IMG/VR virus record: IMGVR_UViG_3300005617_000117
Coordinates: 1 to 64,000 of that record
Length of the DNA: 64,000 bases
Strand: one strand, 5' to 3'
From: a virus
Shown: positions 1 to 7,981 of the stretch, piece after piece
Numbering within the stretch: the stretch's first letter is position 1
Layout of the letters: every line of letters starts with the position of its first letter
Position numbers and translations under genes: made by a program
Notes under the pieces: generated by a model
Told to the model about the DNA's origin: nothing
Databases searched by the model: none
The model's input: only the letters and a program-made list of their open reading frames with translations

Positions 1-110
1 GGTTTATAGATTCTTGAGCCACAATATAGATCCATATCGTTATGGGAGATATACAAGTTTGAGCATGACAAGATGGTAAAACAAAGAAGAACTGCTGCAA
101 TTACTCGCAT
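1..110 (-). CDS. putative lipoprotein (runs off the left edge of the window)
   Basis: Not in the ORF track. The reverse complement reads taaggagagattt-ATG then MRVIAAVLLCFTILSCSNLYISHNDMDLYCGSRIYK: strong RBS, basic N-terminus, hydrophobic stretch and lipobox-like ILSC. Confidence 0.65.
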   Translation of the reverse strand, partial: MRVIAAVLLCFTILSCSNLYISHNDMDLYCGSRIYK

Positions 111-122
111 AAATCTCTCCTT

Positions 123-151
123 AAAAAAATAAAGCCGCTGTTCGCGGCTTT
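123..151 (-). terminator. intrinsic terminator-like hairpin
   Basis: Minus strand aaagccgc-gaaca-gcggcttt followed by attttttt. Confidence 0.6.
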
Positions 152-254
152 GAGTCGTGTTGCTGTCGTCCTGGGGCATTCTTGATTGTCAAATTGGCAG
201 TCATGATTCTCCTACGATCGTGAACACTAAAAACTCCTGATATATTAGTACACG

Positions 255-287
255 AAAAAACCCCACAACTCTTTCGAATTGCGGGGC
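255..287 (-). terminator. intrinsic terminator after the 314..805 lipoprotein gene
   Basis: Minus strand gccccgcaattc-gaaa-gagttgtggggt followed by a T-run. GNRA tetraloop. Confidence 0.8.
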
Positions 288-313
288 TGTTGATTCTTAG
301 ATCGTCATTTTTG

Positions 314-805
314 TTACGTTGCTGGAGGGGCTGGCGGCGTCTTCTTTTCAGGACTTCCGAAGAACATAGTAAGCCATCGCATCTGTGGAGGCAACTTGTG
401 TCCAAGCTTTCTAGCTGCGGCTGCCGACGCCATGAGCACGGTAAGCTTTGTCCAAACGTCACCGTTTGTAGCAAGGTCTTTAGCTCTCGGATCGGGTGAT
501 GTCGTGGCCCGTGCATAAAACGCCGCTGCTTCGGCAGCGGAAATTTCTCCATCGTTATCTGTGTCGGCGGGTCCAACAATCGCTTCGAGTGATGCAACCG
601 TGTTGCGTGCCTCTTCTAGAGCGGCAGCATTAGCTGCAACCTGTCCCTGTAAGTTTTGTACGGTTACAGCCGTATCTGCTAACTTGCTGCCTACGAACCC
701 TATAAGGTCATTGATAGATACTGGGGCGGCGTCTGGATGAGAAGCAGAAATGCAACCCATGCTCATCGTCCCCAAAACAAGTGCTAATAGAATTTTACTG
801 ACCAT
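314..805 (-). CDS. lipoprotein with coiled coil, EF-hand-like loop and C-terminal hydrophobic segment (possible spanin-like lysis protein)
   Basis: Lipoprotein-type signal MVSKILLALVLGTMSMGC, heptad region LQGQVAANAAALEEARNTVASLE, EF-hand loop DTDNDGEISAAE. Overlaps the stop of the upstream gene. Confidence 0.65.
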   Translation of the reverse strand: MVSKILLALVLGTMSMGCISASHPDAAPVSINDLIGFVGSKLADTAVTVQNLQGQVAANAAALEEARNTVASLEAIVGPADTDNDGEISAAEAAAFYARATTSPDPRAKDLATNGDVWTKLTVLMASAAAARKLGHKLPPQMRWLTMFFGSPEKKTPPAPPAT

Positions 806-1040
806 GCGACTTCTCCTGTTTCCATTTTAGAATTTCCGTGTACGTTTCGATTAATATCGTCTTCTGCCCCTCTTGTATTTTGTTAATTGCCTGATCTTTT
901 AATATCATATGAAAGCCAAAATTCACATTAGTTTCATAAACTGGGACTTGTAGGCCGATCATAAGCTCTACATTGTCGTAAGTGCCTAGTAGACCACAAC
1001 TTGTGAGCATTAATATTAATGGTAATAGTAACTTTCTCAT
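795..1040 (-). CDS. putative lipoprotein
   Basis: MRKLLLPLILMLTSCG signal with lipobox LTSC. RBS aggaga upstream on the minus strand. Confidence 0.7.
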   Translation of the reverse strand: MRKLLLPLILMLTSCGLLGTYDNVELMIGLQVPVYETNVNFGFHMILKDQAINKIQEGQKTILIETYTEILKWKQEKSHGQ

Positions 1041-1059
1041 ATAAAATCTCCTAGTAAGG

Positions 1060-1068
1060 AGTACACTA
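1060..1068 (-). promoter_or_regulatory. putative late promoter TAGTGTACT
   Basis: Same TAGTGTA core found before the structural genes, about 20 nt upstream of the lipoprotein start on the same strand. Confidence 0.55.
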
Positions 1069-1225
1069 TCTCAAAATTTTCGAACAATTAAGATTTTTCT
1101 TGAGAAAAAAGGGGGTGTCGAAGGCTCTATAGTAATAGAGTTTTAGACTAACAGAACACGACTAGGCAGCACAGACAACCTAGTAGTCCTTGAAAAGAGA
1201 AGATAAGTACACAGAGGAGATCGTC

Positions 1226-1483
1226 GTGGCGATAGTGAGAGAAGATGACGTAGCTGGTCAAACAGTTAAAGTAGAACAGCAAGATAGTTTAATATATGTT
1301 AAGTTAGGGTTCGTGGGGCCGAAGACGTTGGAACAGGTCGAAAATAAGCCCTCGGACGCGATTCCTCTTTTTAAGGGGTTTTTTATTACTGGTAATTACG
1401 CAGACGTTAGGGCAGAGCTTCATAAACTAATAGATCAGGCATGTGATGCTCATGAAGAAGCTAGGAGACAACAAAATGGTTAA
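1226..1483 (+). CDS. hypothetical protein
   Basis: ORF 1190..1483. The GTG at 1226 follows RBS gaggaga. Confidence 0.65.
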   Translation: MAIVREDDVAGQTVKVEQQDSLIYVKLGFVGPKTLEQVENKPSDAIPLFKGFFITGNYADVRAELHKLIDQACDAHEEARRQQNG

Positions 1484-1730
1484 GAGTAGCAAGAATAATA
1501 AGCTAGATATCGTTACTAGCACTAATGGCGGACATAATGTTATTCACAATACAGCCACGGGCAAGTCTGAAGTGAAAGTGCCGCAGCCTGAAAAGGTAGA
1601 AGTTGCACCTATTGGAGTTGCTAAGGCAAGTCCCGCATTCCAGAAGGTTGAGCCAAAGGCTTTGGGTTCCAAGGAAGAAGAAGCCAAGGTATTGGCTAAA
1701 AATGTAGAGAAGACTGAGGAAACAAAGTAA
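1476..1730 (+). CDS. hypothetical Lys/Glu-rich protein
   Basis: ATG at 1476 follows aggaga and overlaps the upstream stop. Confidence 0.65.
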   Translation: MVKSSKNNKLDIVTSTNGGHNVIHNTATGKSEVKVPQPEKVEVAPIGVAKASPAFQKVEPKALGSKEEEAKVLAKNVEKTEETK

Positions 1731-2318
1731 GTGCCAACCGCCGTCCCGTTGCACTATACGCAAGTTAGTGGAATTATCGAAGTTCTAGTTTATCAGGAAA
1801 CGAAACGTCTGTCGAGAATGGCTCCCGACAGACCCGATCTTGAACAAGAAGTAAGATTGGCGTGTGTCAAAGCCTGTGAACTATATGATCCAAATCGAAT
1901 TGGGCCCTCCCCTTATCAGTTTCTTAAAACTTGCGTACGTAACCACCTTTATAATTTGAATCGTGGCAAGTACGTCCCAAATAATCCGCCATGCTCCCGC
2001 TGTCCTTTGTGGGATAAAGCCAATAAAGTCTGTATTATTAAGGAGGAAGGCTGTGAAAAGATTAAAATGTATCGTGAGCACATGGCGATGAAGGCCGCCC
2101 TCCACAAGCCAGATAACATAGGTTATGAAGCTCTTGATTCTAGGGCTGGACATAGTACAGACAATGCATTTGAGTTGGACGCAAGTATACGCGATGTTTT
2201 AACTCCTGAATTGATTCCTTATTATGAGCAAATGCTATCTGGACATTCATCGGATATTCCTCCAAAGATTAAGACGCAAATACGTAAAATAGTACGGAAT
2301 CTTTTGAAGGAGGACTAA
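1731..2318 (+). CDS. sigma70-like factor (region 2 only, plus Cys cluster), candidate late sigma
   Basis: DLEQEVRLACVKACELYDPNR...YQFLKTCVRNHLYNLNR resembles sigma region 2. A CSRC...C...C cluster follows. No clear region-4 HTH. Confidence 0.65.
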   Translation: MPTAVPLHYTQVSGIIEVLVYQETKRLSRMAPDRPDLEQEVRLACVKACELYDPNRIGPSPYQFLKTCVRNHLYNLNRGKYVPNNPPCSRCPLWDKANKVCIIKEEGCEKIKMYREHMAMKAALHKPDNIGYEALDSRAGHSTDNAFELDASIRDVLTPELIPYYEQMLSGHSSDIPPKIKTQIRKIVRNLLKED

Positions 2319-3119
2319 ATGGCTAACCGAGTTATTACAGAGCAAGAACTAGCTACAATCGCTCAATATGCTGAGTTAGGCAAGTCTGACGCCGAGATCG
2401 CAGATATTCTTGGTTGGACGGCGAATATGGCTAATGCTCCACGAGCCGTTGCCAAACAGCGTCGTAAGCTAAACTTAAAGAAGCGTGGCAACAATGAATT
2501 CAATCTCGTTAAAAAAGATGTCAGTCATCTAGCCAAAAATAAACTTCTCGAAGTCATGACTCGTCAAGAGAGATTTGACTTTATAAAGGCACGCATCAAT
2601 ACAAATCCTCGTAATATGATTGTGTTTTCTTCGCTTTCCGTGGAAGAACAAGCAGTCTTCCTTGATGCCTACTATAATATCTTGCAATCCACAGATTCTC
2701 TTACAGAGGCCGAAGAACAGCAACTTTTCCTTGCAATGATCGAATACGTGCTTTCGCTTCGAGCCCTTCAAATGAAGTCCGAAGAAGAGAAGTGCGTTAA
2801 GGAAACTCTACAAGGCGTACACGAAAAAGATAGTCCTCGTTACAAGTTGTCAACAAATCCTAGATATGACGAGGCTTACCAGAACCATGTAGAAAACTAC
2901 GAACGTCTTATGAAGACGCTAAAAATGTCTCGTCAACAGCGTCTTGAAAAAGTGAAGAGCGACCGTCGAACACTAGTTGATGTTGCTTCTGAATTGTCAA
3001 CGCAAAACGCTCAGGCTCAGGCGGCAGATGAAATTGAACGCCTATCTATTGTGAGCGACGAGGAACTAAAGAGACTTTTGGAGAACGGGTATATTTCGGG
3101 GCTTTTTGAGAGCAAATAA
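2319..3119 (+). CDS. putative terminase small subunit (HTH protein)
   Basis: N-terminal HTH-like GKSDAEIADILG, helical or coiled-coil remainder, and position upstream of TerL. Confidence 0.45.
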   Translation: MANRVITEQELATIAQYAELGKSDAEIADILGWTANMANAPRAVAKQRRKLNLKKRGNNEFNLVKKDVSHLAKNKLLEVMTRQERFDFIKARINTNPRNMIVFSSLSVEEQAVFLDAYYNILQSTDSLTEAEEQQLFLAMIEYVLSLRALQMKSEEEKCVKETLQGVHEKDSPRYKLSTNPRYDEAYQNHVENYERLMKTLKMSRQQRLEKVKSDRRTLVDVASELSTQNAQAQAADEIERLSIVSDEELKRLLENGYISGLFESK

Positions 3120-4051
3120 TGAAAATAGCAATGTTGTTCGCCCATTGGCGTCAGTTTGGTGAATCGTGGTCAACTCCACACTCTTGGCAAGACGAATTAA
3201 CTGCTCGTGGACACGAAGTAGTTGTTTATAATTTATACCACAACAATGGTGAATTAAATCGTAAAACGCGAATGCGTTCTTATTCCGACGCTGGACTTAA
3301 TCAGTTACATAATGATGTATGTGCTGGTATCCATTATGATGCTATTTATGTGCTAGATTACGGGCCTTGGCAAAGTTTGCGTCTTTGCAAGCAATATTTC
3401 CAAGACTCGATTCTTATTAAAGAATGCGGAGACGAGCCACAAGCACACCAGCTTCATATGCAAACGGCTCGCCAGTTTGATATTGTTCTGACTCCTGATA
3501 AAAGATGTGCAGCACGCTATCAGTCATTGGGAATCCCTGCAACTTGGCAAACCCACTTCGCTGACACAAAAATCTTTTATCCCCGCCCCGATATTGCGGA
3601 ATCTTGGGATTGCGTTACGACTTGCGGCCCCCGAGGTAATGGACTAACAGAAGAAATTAAGGCGGCCCTCGGAGATCGCTTTAATAACGAGCGTTATTTC
3701 TTTGGAGAAGATCACGCCAAGCGATTGTCTATGGGAAAGATAGTATTTCAGAAGTCTCAGTATGGCGAAATAACCCGGCGAATCTTCGAAGGTATCGCTT
3801 GTGGCAAAATGGTTATCGCTGATAAACTATCCGATGATACAGGTTTATCTTCTCTTTTAGAGGATGGTAAGGATATCGTTTATTACACGAATGCCACCGA
3901 GGCAATTGATGCAATAAATCACTATAGTAATCATCACGAAGAAAGACTAAAGATTGCGGCGAGCGGCTTTGACAAAGTGACCAAGTTACATAGTATTGGT
4001 GCCAGAGTAGATGAATTAATGGGACTCATCAATGACAAGCTCAAAACGTAA
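3119..4051 (+). CDS. glycosyltransferase, GT-B fold (CgeB / Glyco_trans_1_2-like)
   Basis: Typical CgeB-like C-terminus: ITRRIFEGIACGKMVIAD, DGKDIVYY, EERLKIAASG...HSIGARV. Confidence 0.85.
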   Translation: MKIAMLFAHWRQFGESWSTPHSWQDELTARGHEVVVYNLYHNNGELNRKTRMRSYSDAGLNQLHNDVCAGIHYDAIYVLDYGPWQSLRLCKQYFQDSILIKECGDEPQAHQLHMQTARQFDIVLTPDKRCAARYQSLGIPATWQTHFADTKIFYPRPDIAESWDCVTTCGPRGNGLTEEIKAALGDRFNNERYFFGEDHAKRLSMGKIVFQKSQYGEITRRIFEGIACGKMVIADKLSDDTGLSSLLEDGKDIVYYTNATEAIDAINHYSNHHEERLKIAASGFDKVTKLHSIGARVDELMGLINDKLKT

Positions 4052-4850
4052 TGGTATTGTGTCAGATTTTAGTAAGGCAGAATATAAACCGCACGATCCT
4101 ATGTGTGAGCCGGGATTAGTCTCTATTTTATTCCTATCGTGCAACAAACATAAGCTTGCAGATATTAGTCTTGCGTCCACGCACGCGGCCACGCGGGCAC
4201 ACGCGGGCGAGATAGAATGGTGTTTGCTAGAGCAGGGCACTGGAGAAGATGCCGACGACAACATTAGATTATTTCGGGATTTAAAGGTTGAGCGAAAAGC
4301 CATTATATTGCCAGACACAAACTACGGTATTAACAGTGGTTTCAACTCCCTATGGGCTATTTCCAGGGGAGAATTTTGTATGCACCATGAATCTGATTGG
4401 TTGAATCGACATACCTTTTTTGACTTCTTGCAATTAGCCAAGGAAATTATGGCTGAAAAATCAGAGGTTGGTATCGTTCAACTAAGGGCACCGAGCGATC
4501 CCAATGAGAACTGGGGACGCGGTAAACCGCAGTATAATCCTTGGTCTTGTTCTACCAAAGAGTTAGAAGACGCGAAAGTAAAAGTCTGGCTCGAAAAGAC
4601 AAAGAGCGGTCACGAGTACGGCATTTCGGAATTTGCTAATGGCTGGAATCATAATCCACAATTGGTTCGCAAGAGCTTATTTAGAGAGTGTGGGCCTCTT
4701 CCAGAACCGCCATTAAATTGTGATCTTCGTCATGGTGAAACAGAAATGGCCGAAAGGGTAGCCAATACCGGATGTGCTATTGCTCATATTGGTATTGAAC
4801 TATATTATCATATTGGTGGTGCCGTCAGGAGCTTATATGAACGATCATAA
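4032..4850 (+). CDS. glycosyltransferase, GT-A fold (GT2-like)
   Basis: VSILFLSCN start, NYGINSGFN, RGEFCMHHESDW (ExD motif), C-terminal YYHIGG. Confidence 0.75.
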   Translation: MTSSKRNGIVSDFSKAEYKPHDPMCEPGLVSILFLSCNKHKLADISLASTHAATRAHAGEIEWCLLEQGTGEDADDNIRLFRDLKVERKAIILPDTNYGINSGFNSLWAISRGEFCMHHESDWLNRHTFFDFLQLAKEIMAEKSEVGIVQLRAPSDPNENWGRGKPQYNPWSCSTKELEDAKVKVWLEKTKSGHEYGISEFANGWNHNPQLVRKSLFRECGPLPEPPLNCDLRHGETEMAERVANTGCAIAHIGIELYYHIGGAVRSLYERS

Positions 4851-5181
4851 CTTGCACGCTAAAGGTTGGGGCTATGAACTGTGGATTCATAATGATGAAA
4901 AATACTGCGGTAAACTGCTAGTTATCTTTGCTGGTAAGAAGTGTTCATTGCATTATCACAAACTTAAGCACGAGACGTTTTATCTTCAAAGTGGGCGACT
5001 TAGTGTTTATATGAAGTATCCAGATGGTCGTGAAGAACGATTTATTATGGAAAAAGGAATGATTCAGGAAGTGCCTGTGGGAACGATACACCAGATGCAG
5101 GCAATTGAACATGCCGAACTATTTGAGTTTTCAACACAACATTTTGACGACGATTCTCACAGAATTGAAAAGGGGGATTAA
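4837..5181 (+). CDS. cupin sugar isomerase (mannose-6-phosphate isomerase type II C-terminal-like)
   Basis: KGWGYELW...CSLHYHKLKHETFYLQSG...PVGTIHQM cupin motifs. RBS caggag before ATG 4837. Confidence 0.8.
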   Translation: MNDHNLHAKGWGYELWIHNDEKYCGKLLVIFAGKKCSLHYHKLKHETFYLQSGRLSVYMKYPDGREERFIMEKGMIQEVPVGTIHQMQAIEHAELFEFSTQHFDDDSHRIEKGD

Positions 5182-5439
5182 ATGCAATTACAAGTAGGAA
5201 AATACTATATCTGGAAAGGCAAGACTGTCAAACTAGTTTCTAAGTGGGCACAGGGCGTCCATTTTACATATACGTTTGATGATGGTACTAGCGTGAATGG
5301 TGACGCGGCACAAATGGTTGCCTCTGGTGATCTCAAGATTTCTATCGAGGCACCAGAGTCTCCGCCTCTTAAGCCAACCGGTTCTGCGTTAGGCGTTGCA
5401 AAGCCAGCAAAGATGCTTCCTCCAAAATGGAATAGCTAA
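5182..5439 (+). CDS. hypothetical protein
   Basis: 85-aa ORF translationally coupled on both sides. Confidence 0.65.
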   Translation: MQLQVGKYYIWKGKTVKLVSKWAQGVHFTYTFDDGTSVNGDAAQMVASGDLKISIEAPESPPLKPTGSALGVAKPAKMLPPKWNS

Positions 5440-5945
5440 TGGGCAGACCTCCAAATCCTAAGCCTATTTTAATAGTTGATACTCGGGAGCAACATCCTTT
5501 CGACTTCGATGGGGACGATGCTTTTGAGTCTATTGAACACACAAAATTAGACCAGGGCGATTATTCGCTCAAGGGTTTGGAGCACATTGTTTCTATTGAA
5601 CGAAAAGCTAATGTCAATGAAATTTATACTAATTTAAGTTCACAAGAAGCTCGTACTAGATTCTATGCTGAAGCACAAAGACTGGCTGAAAAAGTAAAGT
5701 TTCGATTTATTATTGTCGAACAAGAGTTCGAGGACGCCATGAATCCTTCAAGCTATGCAGTAAATACTATGCATCGCAACAAGTATTCGCCATATATGCC
5801 GCCCGCCTTAGTCATTGGCAATCTTATTACTTTTATGGTCAAATACAATATTCATGTTATGTTTGCTGGTTCTAAAGCCAAGACAATGGCCAAGAAAATT
5901 CTTATTACTATTCATGACATGCATAGAAAAGGCGAACTACAATAA
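5439..5945 (+). CDS. ERCC4/XPF-family nuclease
   Basis: ILIVDTREQ, GDYS and IERK motifs. Confidence 0.85.
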   Translation: MGRPPNPKPILIVDTREQHPFDFDGDDAFESIEHTKLDQGDYSLKGLEHIVSIERKANVNEIYTNLSSQEARTRFYAEAQRLAEKVKFRFIIVEQEFEDAMNPSSYAVNTMHRNKYSPYMPPALVIGNLITFMVKYNIHVMFAGSKAKTMAKKILITIHDMHRKGELQ

Positions 5946-7924
5946 TGCACTGGGTTAAGCCAATAACAAAAGGTGAGGTGCTCAAAACCTTTGAAGAGTT
6001 TGGACCAATGCACGGCCTAGTCGCAAACGCTAAGCCGTGTCTCGGCTGGTTCGTTTCACAAGTCTTTTGCAATAGACAGGGCAAACCACTAAAATTGCTG
6101 CCGTTCCAGATGGTTATGCTTAACATGCTATGGTACAAGAAGTTCCCAATGATCCTGGCCTGTCGAGGAGCAGGAAAGACGTTCATGTTGGGGCTTTATT
6201 GTTTATTAAGAGCAATGTTGGTGCCCGGTTCTAAGATCGTTATATGTGGTGCCGGTTATCGTCAAGCAAAACTTGTTTTCAAGTATATCCAAGAACTTTA
6301 CGAACAAAGTCCTGTAATTCAGGAATCATTAAAAGGATGGGGCGGACCAAAATATGGTTCTGACGCTGCAACTTTTAAAGTTGGACTCTCTGAAATTACC
6401 GCAATCCCAATTGGCGACGGCGATAAAATCCGAGGTCTTCGTGCGACAGTTCTTATTGCCGACGAGTTTGGTGCGATTCCAGAAGAGACATTCGAGATTG
6501 TTCTTTCGCCGTTCACTTCAGTCCATGCTAATCCAGCCCAAAGAGCGGCAATTGCAAGATTCGTTAAAAGATTGCAAGAATTAAAGGCTCATCCAGCACT
6601 GATAGAATTAGCACAAAATACGCAAGACTTCGGAAACCAAATTGTTATTTCGGGCACCGCCACTTATAAATATAATCACTTCTATAAGCGATTCAAAACC
6701 TACAAGATGTTTATTGATACGCAAGGCAATAAAGAAGAGATTAAAAAGGCGATTGAAGAAAGATCACTTGCTACTGCTGGTAAAATGGCCGCAGTATCAA
6801 CAGACGACGTAACAAGAATGGCAAAGATGTGGGTACATTATGCCGTTATGCAATTGCCATATACAGCATTACCAGAAGGTTTCTTGGATGAAGATACTAT
6901 TAGATCAAATAAGGCATCTTTCTCGTCATATCGATTTATGCAAGAGTATATGGCTCAATTTCCCGATGACTCTGATGGCTTTATTAAGAGGTCATCTATC
7001 GAATCGGCCACGCCGCACGCTCCCAATGAAACGCCGGTCATCATCGAACTATATGGCGATCCAAGGGCCGTATACGTTGCTGGAATCGACCCCGCCCGTT
7101 GGAACGACAATCTAGGCATTGTCATATTGAAATTAAGTTCTAGGGGCAAGGAAGTTGTTTATTGTGACGCCTGGAACAAAAAGGAATATGCCGAATCTGC
7201 TAAACGAATCCGAGAGATTTGTCAGAGATTTAATGTCCAGTATATTGCTATGGATAAAGGCGGAGGTGGTGATGCCATTACGGAATGGCTTTGCAAGAAA
7301 CAGGACGGCATTAAGCCTGATGAATTAATTTGGCCTATTCCAGACCAACTAGAAAAAACTTCTGATCTTGGTGCCCCAGGTAAAAAGATAATTGACCTTG
7401 TTAATTTCGCGGGCAATTGGTCCCCCGAAGCTGCACACGGTCTTGAAGCGGCGATTAATCACCGCAATCTCTTATTCCCTTCCACGGATGGTGCAAGCGA
7501 TACACAAACTATACGTCAGTACCTCCGCTATTATAATTTGCAGAATATTAATGAGGCCGAAAAGCAAAGATTATCTGTAGAATTATGGGGCATGGATGAT
7601 TGGGAAGCACAAGAGGTTGGGGGAGAGCCTGTAGTTGGTATTTTTAATAACATAAACGAATGTATTAATGAGACTTGTGCGATTATGAAGGAAACGACCG
7701 AGGGTGGCACAGAAAGATTTATTCTGCCACGACTGGCCGATCAGCCCGAAGGGCTAGACATGAGACGCCGCGACCGTTTCTCAGCTTTAATGCTTGCTAA
7801 TTATGCGGCCAAGTGTTTTCAGGGTCATGGCAATACTCCACCTAATAACGTAGGTCTATCTACATCTTCTAAACGAAGCCTTACCGGAAGAAAGCATAGA
7901 CGCCGTGGCAGCGTAGCTTTCTAG
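5945..7924 (+). CDS. terL: terminase large subunit
   Basis: Walker A ACRGAGKT, Walker B VLIADE, nuclease motifs GIDPA, AMDKGGGG and DRFSA. Lies just before the portal gene. Confidence 0.92.
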   Translation: MHWVKPITKGEVLKTFEEFGPMHGLVANAKPCLGWFVSQVFCNRQGKPLKLLPFQMVMLNMLWYKKFPMILACRGAGKTFMLGLYCLLRAMLVPGSKIVICGAGYRQAKLVFKYIQELYEQSPVIQESLKGWGGPKYGSDAATFKVGLSEITAIPIGDGDKIRGLRATVLIADEFGAIPEETFEIVLSPFTSVHANPAQRAAIARFVKRLQELKAHPALIELAQNTQDFGNQIVISGTATYKYNHFYKRFKTYKMFIDTQGNKEEIKKAIEERSLATAGKMAAVSTDDVTRMAKMWVHYAVMQLPYTALPEGFLDEDTIRSNKASFSSYRFMQEYMAQFPDDSDGFIKRSSIESATPHAPNETPVIIELYGDPRAVYVAGIDPARWNDNLGIVILKLSSRGKEVVYCDAWNKKEYAESAKRIREICQRFNVQYIAMDKGGGGDAITEWLCKKQDGIKPDELIWPIPDQLEKTSDLGAPGKKIIDLVNFAGNWSPEAAHGLEAAINHRNLLFPSTDGASDTQTIRQYLRYYNLQNINEAEKQRLSVELWGMDDWEAQEVGGEPVVGIFNNINECINETCAIMKETTEGGTERFILPRLADQPEGLDMRRRDRFSALMLANYAAKCFQGHGNTPPNNVGLSTSSKRSLTGRKHRRRGSVAF

Positions 7925-7930
7925 TGTATT
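7922..7930 (+). promoter_or_regulatory. putative late promoter TAGTGTATT (portal)
   Basis: Repeated motif. Overlaps the terL TAG stop and is followed by a short hairpin ctctcc-tgg-ggagag. Confidence 0.65.
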
Positions 7931-7981
7931 ACCTCTCCTGGGGAGAGTCGATATAATCGCAATTTTATTACGGTGAGGTCA

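Noticed and set aside
121-597. 158-aa minus-strand ORF in the track
   Set aside because: It overlaps the better-supported lipoprotein gene in another frame and crosses a terminator. Only its last 27 codons have an RBS.
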